A stretch of 64,000 bases of DNA from Actinomycetes bacterium (GCA_046074845.1 JBJTOY010000062.1:2733-66732), one strand, 5' to 3'; positions 28,990 through 39,233 are shown, numbered from the stretch's first letter. Made by a program: numbers and translations. Notes: generated by a model from the letters alone, not told the origin.

Positions 28990-29726
28990 GTCCGCCACCC
29001 CGGTGGTGCGCGGCGACTCCCGCCGCCGCGCATGCCTTCGTGGACACCGAGCGGCTCGCCGACGAGGTGATCCGCATCGACGGACCGGATGGCCGGCACC
29101 TCGCGCGGGTCCGGCGGCTCGGTCCCGGCGAGGTCGTCACCGTCGCCGACGGCGCCGGGCGCTGGCGGGCCGGCATCGTTGAGGACGTGTCCGGTGAGGT
29201 GCTCCTCGTCCGGGTCGCGGGGCCGATCGAGCAGGAGCCGGACGGGGCGCCGCGCCTCGCCGTCGCGTTCGCGCCGACGAAGGGTGACCAGCCCGAACGC
29301 GTCGTCGCGGCGCTCACCGAACTCGGCGTCGACGAGATCCTCCCGATCACGACGCGCCACAGCGTCGTCCGGTGGGCGGGGGAGCGGGCCGCGAAGCAGG
29401 GCGCGCGGCTCCGGCGCATCGCCCGCGAGGCCGCGGCCCAGTCCCGGCGCGCCACGCTGCCCGTGGTCGTCGATCCGGCGCCGGTGGCTTCCCTCGCCGG
29501 GCGGTCTGGCATCGTCGTGGCGGACCGCGACGGCGACCCCATCGATGCGCTCGCCGGCCCGGACCGGGCATGGACCGTGCTCGTCGGACCCGAGGGAGGT
29601 CTGGTCGCCGAGGACCTCGTCGACCTCGTGCCGGTGGCGCGACTCGGGGTCGGTCCGCACGTCCTCCGGGCCGACACCGCCCCGATCGCCGTGGCCGCCG
29701 TGCTCTCCACGCGTCGTCGCTCGTGA
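28986..29726 (+). CDS. rsmE: 16S rRNA m3U1498 methyltransferase
   Basis: HLARVRRL, TELGV, EAAAQSRR, VGPEGG, LRADTA. Confidence 0.92.
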   Translation: MSPPPRWCAATPAAAHAFVDTERLADEVIRIDGPDGRHLARVRRLGPGEVVTVADGAGRWRAGIVEDVSGEVLLVRVAGPIEQEPDGAPRLAVAFAPTKGDQPERVVAALTELGVDEILPITTRHSVVRWAGERAAKQGARLRRIAREAAAQSRRATLPVVVDPAPVASLAGRSGIVVADRDGDPIDALAGPDRAWTVLVGPEGGLVAEDLVDLVPVARLGVGPHVLRADTAPIAVAAVLSTRRRS

Positions 29727-29890
29727 CGCTCTGTGGCTGCCCGATCGGCCCGATCGGACCCAGGGGTGGGCGGATCGGAAGGCCTCCCCTAGGATCCCCG
29801 CATCGCGTGAGGGTTCCCGTCTAGGGTCCTGCTGCGGAGGGTGGTCGAGTGCAGACCGCCATGGGCGAGTCCACGGGGGCGATGGGACAC

Positions 29891-30367
29891 ATGAGCGAAG
29901 CGGGAGTCGGGGAGCGGCTTCGGTCGATCCGACGCCAGAAGGGGCTCTCGCTCCACGACGTCGAGGCGCGGTCCCGGACCGAGTTCAAGGCCTCGGTGCT
30001 CGGTGCCTACGAACGGGGTGAGCGCGCCATCTCGGTGCCCCGGCTCATGCGCCTCGCCGAGGTCTACGACGTACCGCCGGACACGTTGCTGCCCCGCGAC
30101 GCCGAGGTCGAGATCGACCTGACCGAGGCGGAGGCGTCGCAGAACGGCTTCACCATCGATCTCACCCAGCTCGCCGACATCGAGGACCCCGAGGCCGCGG
30201 TGCTCGCCCGCTACGCCGCGACGATCCAGTTGCAGCGTCAGGACTTCAACGGTCGGTTGCTCACGATCCGCCGTGACGACCTGCGCGTCCTGGCCGCCGT
30301 CCTCGGCCGCCGGGCCGAGGACCTCCCGCAGCGCCTCGATCAACTCGGTCTCCGGGCCAACGCCTGA
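29891..30367 (+). CDS. bldD: BldD-family XRE regulator with c-di-GMP-binding domain
   Basis: LRSIRRQKGLSLHDVE, KASVLGAYERGERAISV.RL, C-terminal QRQDFNGRLLTIRRDDL (RxD-X8-RxxD). Confidence 0.85.
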   Translation: MSEAGVGERLRSIRRQKGLSLHDVEARSRTEFKASVLGAYERGERAISVPRLMRLAEVYDVPPDTLLPRDAEVEIDLTEAEASQNGFTIDLTQLADIEDPEAAVLARYAATIQLQRQDFNGRLLTIRRDDLRVLAAVLGRRAEDLPQRLDQLGLRANA

Positions 30368-30407
30368 GCGCCCGCCCGGCGCCGCGTCGCAGTACCCTCG
30401 GGACGAC

Positions 30408-31361
30408 GTGAGCGCGCCGACGACCCAGATCAAGGTCCTCGTCCCGGGGAACCACCTCATGGTGGACCTGCTGGGTCAGCGCGACGAGCTGCTCCGTCTG
30501 GTCGAGACCTCCTTCCCGGTCGCGATCCACGTCCGCGGCAACGAGATCACCGTCGAGGGCCCGAGCGCGGAGGCCGAGCGGGTCGCCCGGCTCTTCGAGG
30601 AGCTCGTGGTGCTCCTCGAGCAGGGGCACGACCTCGATCGCGAGTCCGTGGGGCGTACGGTGCAGATGGTGAAGGACGACCAACGCCCGACCGCGGTGCT
30701 GACGACCGAGGTCGTCAAGGGTCGACGCACCGTGCGACCCAAGACCGCCGGGCAGAAGCGCTACGTGGACGCGGTGCGCGAGAACACCGTGACCTTCGCG
30801 ATCGGTCCGGCGGGTACGGGCAAGTCCTACCTCGCGGTGGCCCTCGCGGTGCAGGCGCTCCTGGCCAAGCAGGTGCAGCGCATCATCCTCACCCGTCCGG
30901 CCGTGGAGGCGGGTGAGCGCCTCGGGTTCCTCCCCGGTGACATGCTCGCCAAGGTGGACCCGTACCTCCGTCCGCTCTACGACGCGCTCTACGACATGCT
31001 CGAGCCGGAGGCGGTCGGTCGCTTCATGGAGAAGGGGGTCATCGAGGTCGCACCGCTGGCCTACATGCGGGGGCGCACGCTCAACGACTCCTTCATCATC
31101 CTCGACGAGGCCCAGAACACCACGGCCGAGCAGATGAAGATGTTCCTCACCCGGCTGGGGTTCGGATCCAAGATCGTGGTCACCGGCGACGTCACCCAGG
31201 TCGACCTCCCCGACGGCCGCGGCCGGTCGGGCCTCCTGGCGGTGCGCCCGATCCTCGAGGGCATCGAGGGCCTCGCGTTCTGCGACCTCGCGAGCGTCGA
31301 CGTCGTGCGGCACCGCATCGTGCAGGACATCGTGGACGCCTACGAGCGGGTCGCGCCGTGA
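30408..31361 (+). CDS. phoH: PhoH-family ATPase
   Basis: GPAGTGKS, RPAVEAGERLGFLPGD, YMRGRTL, ILDEAQN. Confidence 0.95.
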   Translation: MSAPTTQIKVLVPGNHLMVDLLGQRDELLRLVETSFPVAIHVRGNEITVEGPSAEAERVARLFEELVVLLEQGHDLDRESVGRTVQMVKDDQRPTAVLTTEVVKGRRTVRPKTAGQKRYVDAVRENTVTFAIGPAGTGKSYLAVALAVQALLAKQVQRIILTRPAVEAGERLGFLPGDMLAKVDPYLRPLYDALYDMLEPEAVGRFMEKGVIEVAPLAYMRGRTLNDSFIILDEAQNTTAEQMKMFLTRLGFGSKIVVTGDVTQVDLPDGRGRSGLLAVRPILEGIEGLAFCDLASVDVVRHRIVQDIVDAYERVAP

Positions 31362-31888
31362 TCGAGGTCTTCGGGGCCGACGAGCAGCGCGAGGTCCCGA
31401 TCGACGTGCTGCGCTTCACCCGGCTCGCCCGGCTCGTCATCGAGGAGGAGCGGGTCCCCGGCGACGCCGAGCTGTCGCTCATCTTCGTGGACGAGCAGAC
31501 CATGACCGACCTCAACGTGCGGTTCCACGAGGGATCGGGCCCGACCGACGTCCTAGCGTTCCCGATGGACGACGACATCGTCGTGGCCGGCCGCCAGCCC
31601 GATCAGGGCGGGCGGGGCCCCGGGGCACCGTCGGAGGCGGGCGAACCGCCGTCGGTGATCGGCGACGTCATCGTCTGCCCGGGCGTCGCGGCGCGCCAGG
31701 CCCCCGAGCACGGTGCGTCCACCGAGGAGGAAGTGGCCCTCCTCGTCGTGCACGGCGTGCTCCACCTCCTCGAGTACAACCACGAGGAACCTGAGGAGAC
31801 CGCAGCGATGCAGCGACGGGAGCGGGAGCTGCTGGCCCGGTTCGCCGAGGTGGAGCGCTTCACGCCCGACGAACGGCCGGCGGACTGA
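31358..31888 (+). CDS. ybeY: rRNA maturation endoribonuclease
   Basis: PTDVLAFP, GDVIVC, HGVLHLLEYNH. Confidence 0.95.
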   Translation: MIEVFGADEQREVPIDVLRFTRLARLVIEEERVPGDAELSLIFVDEQTMTDLNVRFHEGSGPTDVLAFPMDDDIVVAGRQPDQGGRGPGAPSEAGEPPSVIGDVIVCPGVAARQAPEHGASTEEEVALLVVHGVLHLLEYNHEEPEETAAMQRRERELLARFAEVERFTPDERPAD

Positions 31889-31931
31889 TGGGTCCCGCAG
31901 CGCGCCCCGACGCCCGCGTGGCGGTGTCCCC

Positions 31932-33200
31932 GTGAACGCCGAGGCGCTCATGATCGCGCTCGTCGTCGTGCTGTTCGTGTTCGCGACGCTGCTCGCGCTC
32001 GCCGAGACCGCGTTCACCCGCATGAACCGCATCCGGGCCATCGCGCTCGAGGAGGAGGGTCGCAAGGGCGCCGGTCGGCTCGTCAAGATGCTCGAGCAGC
32101 CGGAGGCGACGCTCAACTCGCTGCTGTTCCTCGTGCTCGTGTCGCAGCTCACGAGCGCGTCGCTGCTCGGTGCGGTGCTCGAACGACAGGCCGGCGCCTG
32201 GGGTCTGGTCATCGGCCTCGTCATCCAGATCCTGCTCTACTTCGTGCTCGGCGAGGTCGCGCCGAAGACCTACGCCATCCAGCACCCGGAGCGGGCGGCC
32301 CTGCGGGTCTCCGGGTTCCTCTGGGCGATCACGACGTTCTGGCCGCTGCGCGTGATGTCGCGGGGGCTCATCGGGCTCGCCAACGTGATCCTCCCGGGCA
32401 AGGGCCTGAAGGAGGGCCCGTTCGTCACCGAGCAGGACCTGCGCACGATGGCCGACGTGGCGGCGGACACCGACGCCATCGAGCGCGAGGAGCGCGAGCT
32501 CATCCACTCGATCTTCGAGTTCGGCGATACCGTGGTGCGCGAGGTGATGTGCCCCCGTCCCGACATGGTCGCGGTGCCGGTCGACGCCACCGTCGAGGAC
32601 GCGGTGCGCACCGCCATCGATGGTGGGTACTCCCGGCTCCCGGTGTTCGAGGGCACGACCGACGACATCGTGGGCATCGTGTACCTCAAGGACCTCGTGC
32701 GGCGGGCCCGCATGGGGGAGGGGGCGATCACCCTGCGGGTCGCGATGCGGCCGGCGAAGTTCGTGCCCGAGCAGAAGCGGGTGGCGGAACTGCTCGGCGA
32801 GATGCGCACCCAGCGGTTCCACATGGCCATGGTCGTGGACGAGCACGGAGGGACCGCAGGTCTCGTGACCCTCGAGGACCTCGTCGAGGAGATCGTCGGC
32901 GAGATCAGTGACGAGTACGACGCCGACGAGCCGAAGCTCGAGGAGATCGTGGGCGGCGGCATCCGTGCGCCCGGGCGCACGCCGATCGACGAGGTCAACG
33001 AGGCGCTCGACGCGGAGCTTCCCGACGAGGAGTGGGACACGCTCGGGGGTCTCGTGTTCAACGTGCTCGGCCGCGTCCCCGAACAGGGCGAGTCGTTCCG
33101 GTTCCAGGGCCTCGACTTCCGGGTCGACCGGATCGACGGTCGCCGCATCACGACCGTGTCGATCGTTCCGGTCCGACCGCCGGTCGAGGACGACGCGTGA
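31932..33200 (+). CDS. Hemolysin-family CNNM/CBS/CorC membrane protein
   Basis: GEVAPK, VREVM.PR, YSRLPV, VDEHGGTAGLVTLEDLVEEIVGEI. Confidence 0.92.
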   Translation: MNAEALMIALVVVLFVFATLLALAETAFTRMNRIRAIALEEEGRKGAGRLVKMLEQPEATLNSLLFLVLVSQLTSASLLGAVLERQAGAWGLVIGLVIQILLYFVLGEVAPKTYAIQHPERAALRVSGFLWAITTFWPLRVMSRGLIGLANVILPGKGLKEGPFVTEQDLRTMADVAADTDAIEREERELIHSIFEFGDTVVREVMCPRPDMVAVPVDATVEDAVRTAIDGGYSRLPVFEGTTDDIVGIVYLKDLVRRARMGEGAITLRVAMRPAKFVPEQKRVAELLGEMRTQRFHMAMVVDEHGGTAGLVTLEDLVEEIVGEISDEYDADEPKLEEIVGGGIRAPGRTPIDEVNEALDAELPDEEWDTLGGLVFNVLGRVPEQGESFRFQGLDFRVDRIDGRRITTVSIVPVRPPVEDDA

Positions 33201-34138
33201 CCGAGCCGGTCGCGGACCTCCCGTCGGGGACCCCGACGTTCCGCAGCGGGTTCGTCAGTCTCGTCGGGCGTCCGAACGTCGGGAAGTCGACGCTCGTCAA
33301 CACGATCGTCGGCCGGAAGGTGTCGATCGTCTCGAACAAGCCCCAGACCACGCGCACCCAGATCCGCGGGGTGCTCAACGAGCCCTCGAGCCAGGTCGTG
33401 CTGCTCGACACGCCCGGGATCCACAAGCCACGCACCCTCCTCGGCGAGCGCTGCAACCTGCGGTCGGTGGAGACGCTGCGGGAGGTGGACGTGATCTGCC
33501 TGCTGGTGGAGGCCGACGCCCCGATCGGCCCCGGGGACCGGTTCATCGCCCGGCTGGTCGCCGAGAGCGGGACGCCGGCGATCCTGGTGGTGAACAAGAC
33601 CGATGCGGCGGCGCCCGAGCGGGTCGCCGAGCGGCTGCTCGAGGCGAGCGACCTCGGCGAGTTCGCCGCCTTCGTCCCACTCTCGGCCCGCACCGGCGAG
33701 GGGGTGGAGGCCGTCGTCGCCGAGATCCGCTCGCGCCTGCCGGAGGGGCCCGAGTACTACCCGGGCGGGGTGGTCACCGATCAGCCGGAGGCGGTGCTCG
33801 TGGCCGAACTCGTGCGGGAGCGCCTGCTCGCGATCGCCCGGGACGAACTGCCGCACTCCATCATGGTGACCGCCGAGCCCTTCGACGAGGACGAGGTGCC
33901 GGAGGCGGATCCGGACCGCGAGGAGATCCTGCGCTTCCGGGTGGTCATCAGGGTCGAGCGGGACTCGCAGAAGGGGATCGTCATCGGGCGGGGCGGCCAA
34001 GTGCTGCGCGACGCCGGCACGGCGGCCCGGCTCGAGGCCGAGCAGCTGCTCGGCGCACGGGTCCACCTCGAGACCCGGGTCCGGGTCGATCGGGACTGGC
34101 AGCGTCGGGCGCACGCGCTCGACCGCCTCGGCCTCTGA
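33197..34138 (+). CDS. era: GTPase Era
   Basis: GRPNVGKST, PQTTR, DTPG, NKTD, KH motif SQKGIVIGRGG. Confidence 0.97.
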   Translation: MTEPVADLPSGTPTFRSGFVSLVGRPNVGKSTLVNTIVGRKVSIVSNKPQTTRTQIRGVLNEPSSQVVLLDTPGIHKPRTLLGERCNLRSVETLREVDVICLLVEADAPIGPGDRFIARLVAESGTPAILVVNKTDAAAPERVAERLLEASDLGEFAAFVPLSARTGEGVEAVVAEIRSRLPEGPEYYPGGVVTDQPEAVLVAELVRERLLAIARDELPHSIMVTAEPFDEDEVPEADPDREEILRFRVVIRVERDSQKGIVIGRGGQVLRDAGTAARLEAEQLLGARVHLETRVRVDRDWQRRAHALDRLGL

Positions 34139-34337
34139 CGACGGCGGCGCGAGCGGCTGCGGAGTGCCCGAGGACACACGCGCGTCGGGTCCCGGGACGC
34201 GCAACGCGCGTCTTCTCCGTCAGGGGTCCAGAAGTTGCCGATCTCGCGAGCCGCAGCGCTAGTGTCCTGCCGGCGTCAGGGAACCATCGCCCGGGGGAAT
34301 CAGCGCCTCCGGCTCCGGTTGACGCGGGGATGGCGGA

Positions 34338-35450
34338 ATGAGGCAGAAGCTGGGGTGGAGCCGGGTGCGGCGGATCGCACTCCTCCTCGCAGTCCCGTCC
34401 GTGCTGGCGGCCTGTGCGAACGACAACGGCCAGAACTCGTTGTCGCCCAAGGGTCAGAACGCGAAGGACATCGCGAACCTGATCAACCCGATCTGGGTCA
34501 TCGCGATCGTCATCGGCATCGGCGTCATCCTCGCCACCCTCTTCGTGGCCCTCCGCTACCGCGACAACGAGGGCAAGCGCAGTCCGAAGCAGACCCACGG
34601 CAACTCCGTGCTCGAGATCGGTTGGACCATCCTCCCGGCGCTGCTCCTCGCCGCGGTCGCCGTTCCCACGATCAGCCTCATCTTCAAGCTCGCCGACACC
34701 CCGCCCAAGGCCGAGGCCCTGCAGGTCGAGGTCATCGGCAAGCAGTGGTGGTGGGAGTTCCAGTACAAGGCGAACCAGCCGAAGTTCGGGGTGGACGAGA
34801 AGGTCGTGACCTCGACCATGCTCCACGTGCCGGTGGGCGCCAAGATCACCTTCTCCGAGACCTCCGACAACGTGCTCCACTCCTTCTGGGTGCCCGAGCT
34901 CTCCGGGAAGCGGGACGTGGTCCCCGGTCGCACCAACATCCTCACGATCACGGCATCCGAGGAGCCGGGCCTCTTCCGTGGGGCCTGCGCCGAGTACTGC
35001 GGCCTCTCCCACGCCAACATGAAGTTCTGGGTCAAGGTCGAGTCGAAGGCCGACTACGCCAAGTGGATCGCGAACCAGCAGCGGGGCCCGGCCCAGGCCT
35101 ACGAGGGTGAGGTCGCGAACCTCACGGGTAAGAAGTACCAGTGCGTGAACTGCCACGTCTTCGACAACTCGGCCACGCCGAACTACGGCCCGAACCTCAC
35201 CCACCTCGCGAGCCGGCAGTACTTCGCCGGCGGCATGTACCGGACGAACCGCGCCAACCTCAAGCGTTGGATCCTGAACGCGCCGTCCATGATCCCGATG
35301 CAGTCCCAGGAGTGCCGCCTGCCACCGCCGGCGACCTGCGTGGGGATGCCGTCCTTCGTGACCCCGATCTCCCAGAACGGCAAGCCGCTCCCGTTGATGA
35401 CGAGCGCCGAGGCCGATGTGATCGTCGACTACCTGTTGGCTCAGAAGTGA
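34338..35450 (+). CDS. ctaC: Cytochrome c oxidase subunit II with fused cytochrome c (caa3 type), lipoprotein
   Basis: Lipobox LAAC, QWWWEF, CuA ligands HSFW and CAEYCGLSHANM, heme c motif CVNCH. Confidence 0.93.
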   Translation: MRQKLGWSRVRRIALLLAVPSVLAACANDNGQNSLSPKGQNAKDIANLINPIWVIAIVIGIGVILATLFVALRYRDNEGKRSPKQTHGNSVLEIGWTILPALLLAAVAVPTISLIFKLADTPPKAEALQVEVIGKQWWWEFQYKANQPKFGVDEKVVTSTMLHVPVGAKITFSETSDNVLHSFWVPELSGKRDVVPGRTNILTITASEEPGLFRGACAEYCGLSHANMKFWVKVESKADYAKWIANQQRGPAQAYEGEVANLTGKKYQCVNCHVFDNSATPNYGPNLTHLASRQYFAGGMYRTNRANLKRWILNAPSMIPMQSQECRLPPPATCVGMPSFVTPISQNGKPLPLMTSAEADVIVDYLLAQK

Positions 35451-35463
35451 TGGAGGTCAGGCT

Positions 35464-37371
35464 GTGACGGCCGTCCCCGAGGTGATGTCCGCACCGGCCG
35501 AGGCCGGTGGGGTCGACCTGTTCCGCCGCCCGAAGCAGACCTCGGGCTTCTGGTCGTGGTTCACGACCATCGACCACAAGAAGATCGGCATCCTCTACGG
35601 GACCACCGCGCTCGTCTTCTTCGTGATCGCCGGGATCGAGGCCCTGCTCATCCGGCTCCAGCTCGCCGGCCCGAACGGCACCGTGCTCACCGCCGGGCAG
35701 TACAACGCGATGTTCACGATGCACGGTACGACCATGGTGTTCCTGGTCGGCATGCCGATGGCGGTCGCCTTCGGCAACTACCTCATCCCGATCATGATCG
35801 GGGCCCGTGACGTGGCCTTCCCGCGCATGAACATGTTCGGGTACTGGGTGTTCCTCTTCGGCGGGCTGTTCATCTACTCGAGCCTCTTCACCGGTATCGC
35901 CAACATGCCGAACGGCGGGTGGTTCGGTTACACGCCGCTCACCTCGACCCCGATGAGTGCCGGGTACCTGCCCGGCCACGGGCCGGACTTCTGGGTCGTC
36001 GGCCTCATCATGCTGGGCATCGGGTCGACGACCTCGGCCATCAACTTCGTGGTCACCATCCTCAACATGCGGGCGCCGGGCATGACCCTCATGCGCATGC
36101 CGGTGTTCGTGTGGATGATGCTCGTGGTGGCCTTCCTCACCGTGTTCGCGCTGCCGATCGTCACCGCTGCGCTCATCATGGTCTTCTTCGACCGCAACTA
36201 CCTCACGAACTTCTTCGTGGCCCAGAACGGTGGCGATCCGCTGCTCTACCAGCACCTGTTCTGGTTGTTCGGCCACCCCGAGGTGTACATCCTCATCCTC
36301 CCGGGCATGGGCATCGTCTCCGAGATCCTCCCGGTGATGTCCCGCAAGCCCCTGTTCGGCTACTCGGTCGTGGTCTTCTCCGGCATCGCCATCGGCTTCA
36401 TGGGCTGGGGCGTCTGGGCCCACCACATGTTCGCCACGGGCCTCGGGCCGGTGGCGATCTCGGCCTTCGGGCTGGCGACCATGCTCATCACGGTGCCGAC
36501 CGGCGTGAAGATCTTCAACTGGCTCGGCACCGTGTGGGGCGGGTCGGTGAAACTCAACGTGCCGATGCTGTTCTCGCTCGGATTCATCGCGATGTTCACC
36601 CTCGGCGGCCTGTCCGGCGTCACGCACTCGATCGTGCCCGCCGACACGCAGCAGACCGACACCTACTACGTGGTGGCCCACTTCCACTACGTGCTCTTCG
36701 GCGGTCTCGTCTTCGCGATCCTCGGCGGCATCGTCTACTGGTTCCCGAAGGTGTTCGGTCGCATGATGAACGAGCGCCTCGGTAAGTTGTCGTTCTGGGT
36801 GCTCTTCGTCGGGTTCAACCTGACGTTCTTCCCGATGCACTTCCTCGGCCTCACCGGGATGCCGCGACGCACCTACCGCTACACCGAGGGGCTGGGCTGG
36901 GACACGCTCAACCTGGTGGTCACGGCCGGTGGGTTCATCATCGCTCTGGCCACCCTGCTGTTCGTTGCCAACGCCGTGTGGTCCTGGAAGCGGGGCCCGA
37001 TCGCCCCGGCGGACCCGTGGGACGGTCGCACCCTCGAGTGGAGCATCCCGTCGCCGACGCCCGAGTACAACTTCGCGGCGATCCCGCAGGTCGAGGCCCG
37101 CGACGACTTCTGGCACCGCAAGTACACCGAGGACGACCAGGGTCGTCTCGTCCGCCTGCCCGCCGGCGGTTCCGGCGAGGACGCCTCGGTGGACGTCTCC
37201 AGCATCCACCTGCCGTCCCCCTCGTACTTCCCGCTCGTGCTCGCCGCCGGCCTGCCGGTGATCGGGTACGCCGCGGTCTACAAGAACCCGTGGCTGGCGA
37301 TCCCGGGCGTGCTGCTGCTCCTGTTCGGCATGTACGGCTGGGCGATCGAGCCCGGCACGGCGGAGGACTGA
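35464..37371 (+). CDS. ctaD: Cytochrome c oxidase subunit I (A1 type)
   Basis: DHKKIG, HGTTM, GHPEVY, WAHH, AHFH, GMPRR. Two extra C-terminal helices. Confidence 0.97.
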   Translation: MTAVPEVMSAPAEAGGVDLFRRPKQTSGFWSWFTTIDHKKIGILYGTTALVFFVIAGIEALLIRLQLAGPNGTVLTAGQYNAMFTMHGTTMVFLVGMPMAVAFGNYLIPIMIGARDVAFPRMNMFGYWVFLFGGLFIYSSLFTGIANMPNGGWFGYTPLTSTPMSAGYLPGHGPDFWVVGLIMLGIGSTTSAINFVVTILNMRAPGMTLMRMPVFVWMMLVVAFLTVFALPIVTAALIMVFFDRNYLTNFFVAQNGGDPLLYQHLFWLFGHPEVYILILPGMGIVSEILPVMSRKPLFGYSVVVFSGIAIGFMGWGVWAHHMFATGLGPVAISAFGLATMLITVPTGVKIFNWLGTVWGGSVKLNVPMLFSLGFIAMFTLGGLSGVTHSIVPADTQQTDTYYVVAHFHYVLFGGLVFAILGGIVYWFPKVFGRMMNERLGKLSFWVLFVGFNLTFFPMHFLGLTGMPRRTYRYTEGLGWDTLNLVVTAGGFIIALATLLFVANAVWSWKRGPIAPADPWDGRTLEWSIPSPTPEYNFAAIPQVEARDDFWHRKYTEDDQGRLVRLPAGGSGEDASVDVSSIHLPSPSYFPLVLAAGLPVIGYAAVYKNPWLAIPGVLLLLFGMYGWAIEPGTAED

Positions 37372-37374
37372 GCC

Positions 37375-37986
37375 ATGGCCCAGGCTGCACTCCCGATCAC
37401 CCACGACACCCACGGGGACCACCCGGCCCCGAGCGCCGGGGTCACGAACACCAAGCTCGGCATGTGGGTGTTCCTGTCCTCGGACTGCCTGTTCTTCGGC
37501 GCGTTCATCACGACGTACCTGCTGTACCGCAACCGCAACCTGGCGGGACCGACGCCGCGTTCGCTCTACAACATCCCGTTCACCTCGGTGACCTCGTTCA
37601 TCCTCCTGATGTCGAGTCTCACGATGGTGCTGGCACTGGCCGCGATCCAGCGCAACGACATGCGCCGCTTCAAGGTCTGGGTCATGGCGACTGCGGTGTT
37701 CGGCATCCTGTTCATCGGCGGCCAGGTCTTCGAGTTCACCGAGTTCTACCGGGAGGGCATGTCCCTCCGGACCAACGTCTCGAGTTCGATCTTCTACGTG
37801 GCGACCGGTCTCCACGGTCTCCACGTGTCGGTCGGCATCGTCTGGCTCATGTCCCTCTGGGGCATGGCCATGCAGGGCAAGCTCGGCCAGCGCGACGCCG
37901 AGGCCGTCGAGGTCTCGGGGCTCTACTGGCACTTCGTCGACGTGGTGTGGATCGTGATCTTCGCCGTCGTGTACCTCATCCCGTAG
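37375..37986 (+). CDS. ctaE: Cytochrome c oxidase subunit III
   Basis: GMWVFLSS, TGLHGLHV, LYWHFVDVVW. Confidence 0.95.
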   Translation: MAQAALPITHDTHGDHPAPSAGVTNTKLGMWVFLSSDCLFFGAFITTYLLYRNRNLAGPTPRSLYNIPFTSVTSFILLMSSLTMVLALAAIQRNDMRRFKVWVMATAVFGILFIGGQVFEFTEFYREGMSLRTNVSSSIFYVATGLHGLHVSVGIVWLMSLWGMAMQGKLGQRDAEAVEVSGLYWHFVDVVWIVIFAVVYLIP

Positions 37987-37997
37987 CAGGGGGAACC

Positions 37998-38375
37998 GTG
38001 TCCGAGACCACCACCGAACTCGAACCGGCGCACGATCACGCGCTGCTGCACGGGCACTCGGACCTCCCGATGCTGCCGGGCGAGGAGCACCCGCACCCGT
38101 CGCCGTTCCAGTACGTGATGATCGCCGTGGTCCTCTGCGTCATCACCGGGTTCGAGATCGGTGCGTACTACCTCGACGAGGCCGTCTCCGAGTCCGTCCT
38201 CACCGCGATCCTCGTGGTGAGCGCGATCGCGAAGTTCTTCATCGTCATCGGGTGGTACATGCACCTGAAGACCGATCGCAAGATCTTCCGGCGCCTGTTC
38301 ATGACCGGATTCATCGGTTCGCTCATCCTGTACACGATCGTCCTGCTCACCCTCTCGGGTCTCGCGGACACCTGA
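37998..38375 (+). CDS. Cytochrome c oxidase subunit IV family protein
   Basis: Three TM helices with KF..V..WYMHLK.D. Position in the operon fits. Confidence 0.85.
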   Translation: MSETTTELEPAHDHALLHGHSDLPMLPGEEHPHPSPFQYVMIAVVLCVITGFEIGAYYLDEAVSESVLTAILVVSAIAKFFIVIGWYMHLKTDRKIFRRLFMTGFIGSLILYTIVLLTLSGLADT

Positions 38376-38381
38376 TCGGTC

Positions 38382-39233
38382 ATGGTCGGCGCCGCGATCC
38401 CCGCGTGGCAGCCTCACCCCGAGGTCTGGCTGCTCGTCGCCGCCCTCGTCGCGACCTACGCCATCCTGGCGGTCCGGCGCGGCCCGCTGCTCGTCCCGCC
38501 CGGGCGACCTCCGGTCACCCGGCTCCAGATCGTCTCGTTCTCCCTCGGGGCGGCCACGATCCTGCTGGCCTCGGACTGGCCCGTGCACGACGTGGCCGAG
38601 GGCTCGATGTACAGCGTCCACATGGTGCAGCACCTGCTGTACACCCTGCTGGCCGCGCCGCTGCTGCTCATGGGGACGCCCGGGTGGATGATGCGGCTCG
38701 TGCTGCCGGGCCGGCTCCTGCGGATCGTGCGCTGGTGGTCACGGTTCCTCCCGGCACTGGTGCTGTTCAACGTCATGATCGTGCTCACCCACTGGCCAGC
38801 GGTCGTCGACCTCGCCCTGCGATCGGCCCCGTTCCACTTCGCCGTCCACGCCGCCCTCCTGCTCTCGGCCTTCGTCATCTGGATGCCGATCCTGAGCCCC
38901 CTGCCCGAGGTCCCGCGCCTCACCGCCCCCATGAAGATCGTGTTCCTGTTCCTGCAGTCGGTGGTGCCGACGGTGCCGGCCACGTTTCTCACCTTCGGCT
39001 CGCGCCCGCTGTATCGTCGTTACGCGGAGCTCCCGAAGCTGTGGGGGATCGACCCGCTGAACGACCAGCTGATCGCCGGCCTCATCATGAAGATCGGGGC
39101 GGGCCTGTTCATCTGGGCGATCATCGCGGTGATCTTCTTCCGGTGGGCGGCCGCCGAGGAACTGCGGAACCGGCCGGACCGAGCACTCCGTGAGATGGAC
39201 CGAGAACTGATCGACATGGGGCTGAGGCAGTAG
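38382..39233 (+). CDS. ctaG: caa3-type oxidase assembly factor
   Basis: SVHMVQH, APLLLMG, HWP, DQLIAGLIMK. Confidence 0.88.
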   Translation: MVGAAIPAWQPHPEVWLLVAALVATYAILAVRRGPLLVPPGRPPVTRLQIVSFSLGAATILLASDWPVHDVAEGSMYSVHMVQHLLYTLLAAPLLLMGTPGWMMRLVLPGRLLRIVRWWSRFLPALVLFNVMIVLTHWPAVVDLALRSAPFHFAVHAALLLSAFVIWMPILSPLPEVPRLTAPMKIVFLFLQSVVPTVPATFLTFGSRPLYRRYAELPKLWGIDPLNDQLIAGLIMKIGAGLFIWAIIAVIFFRWAAAEELRNRPDRALREMDRELIDMGLRQ

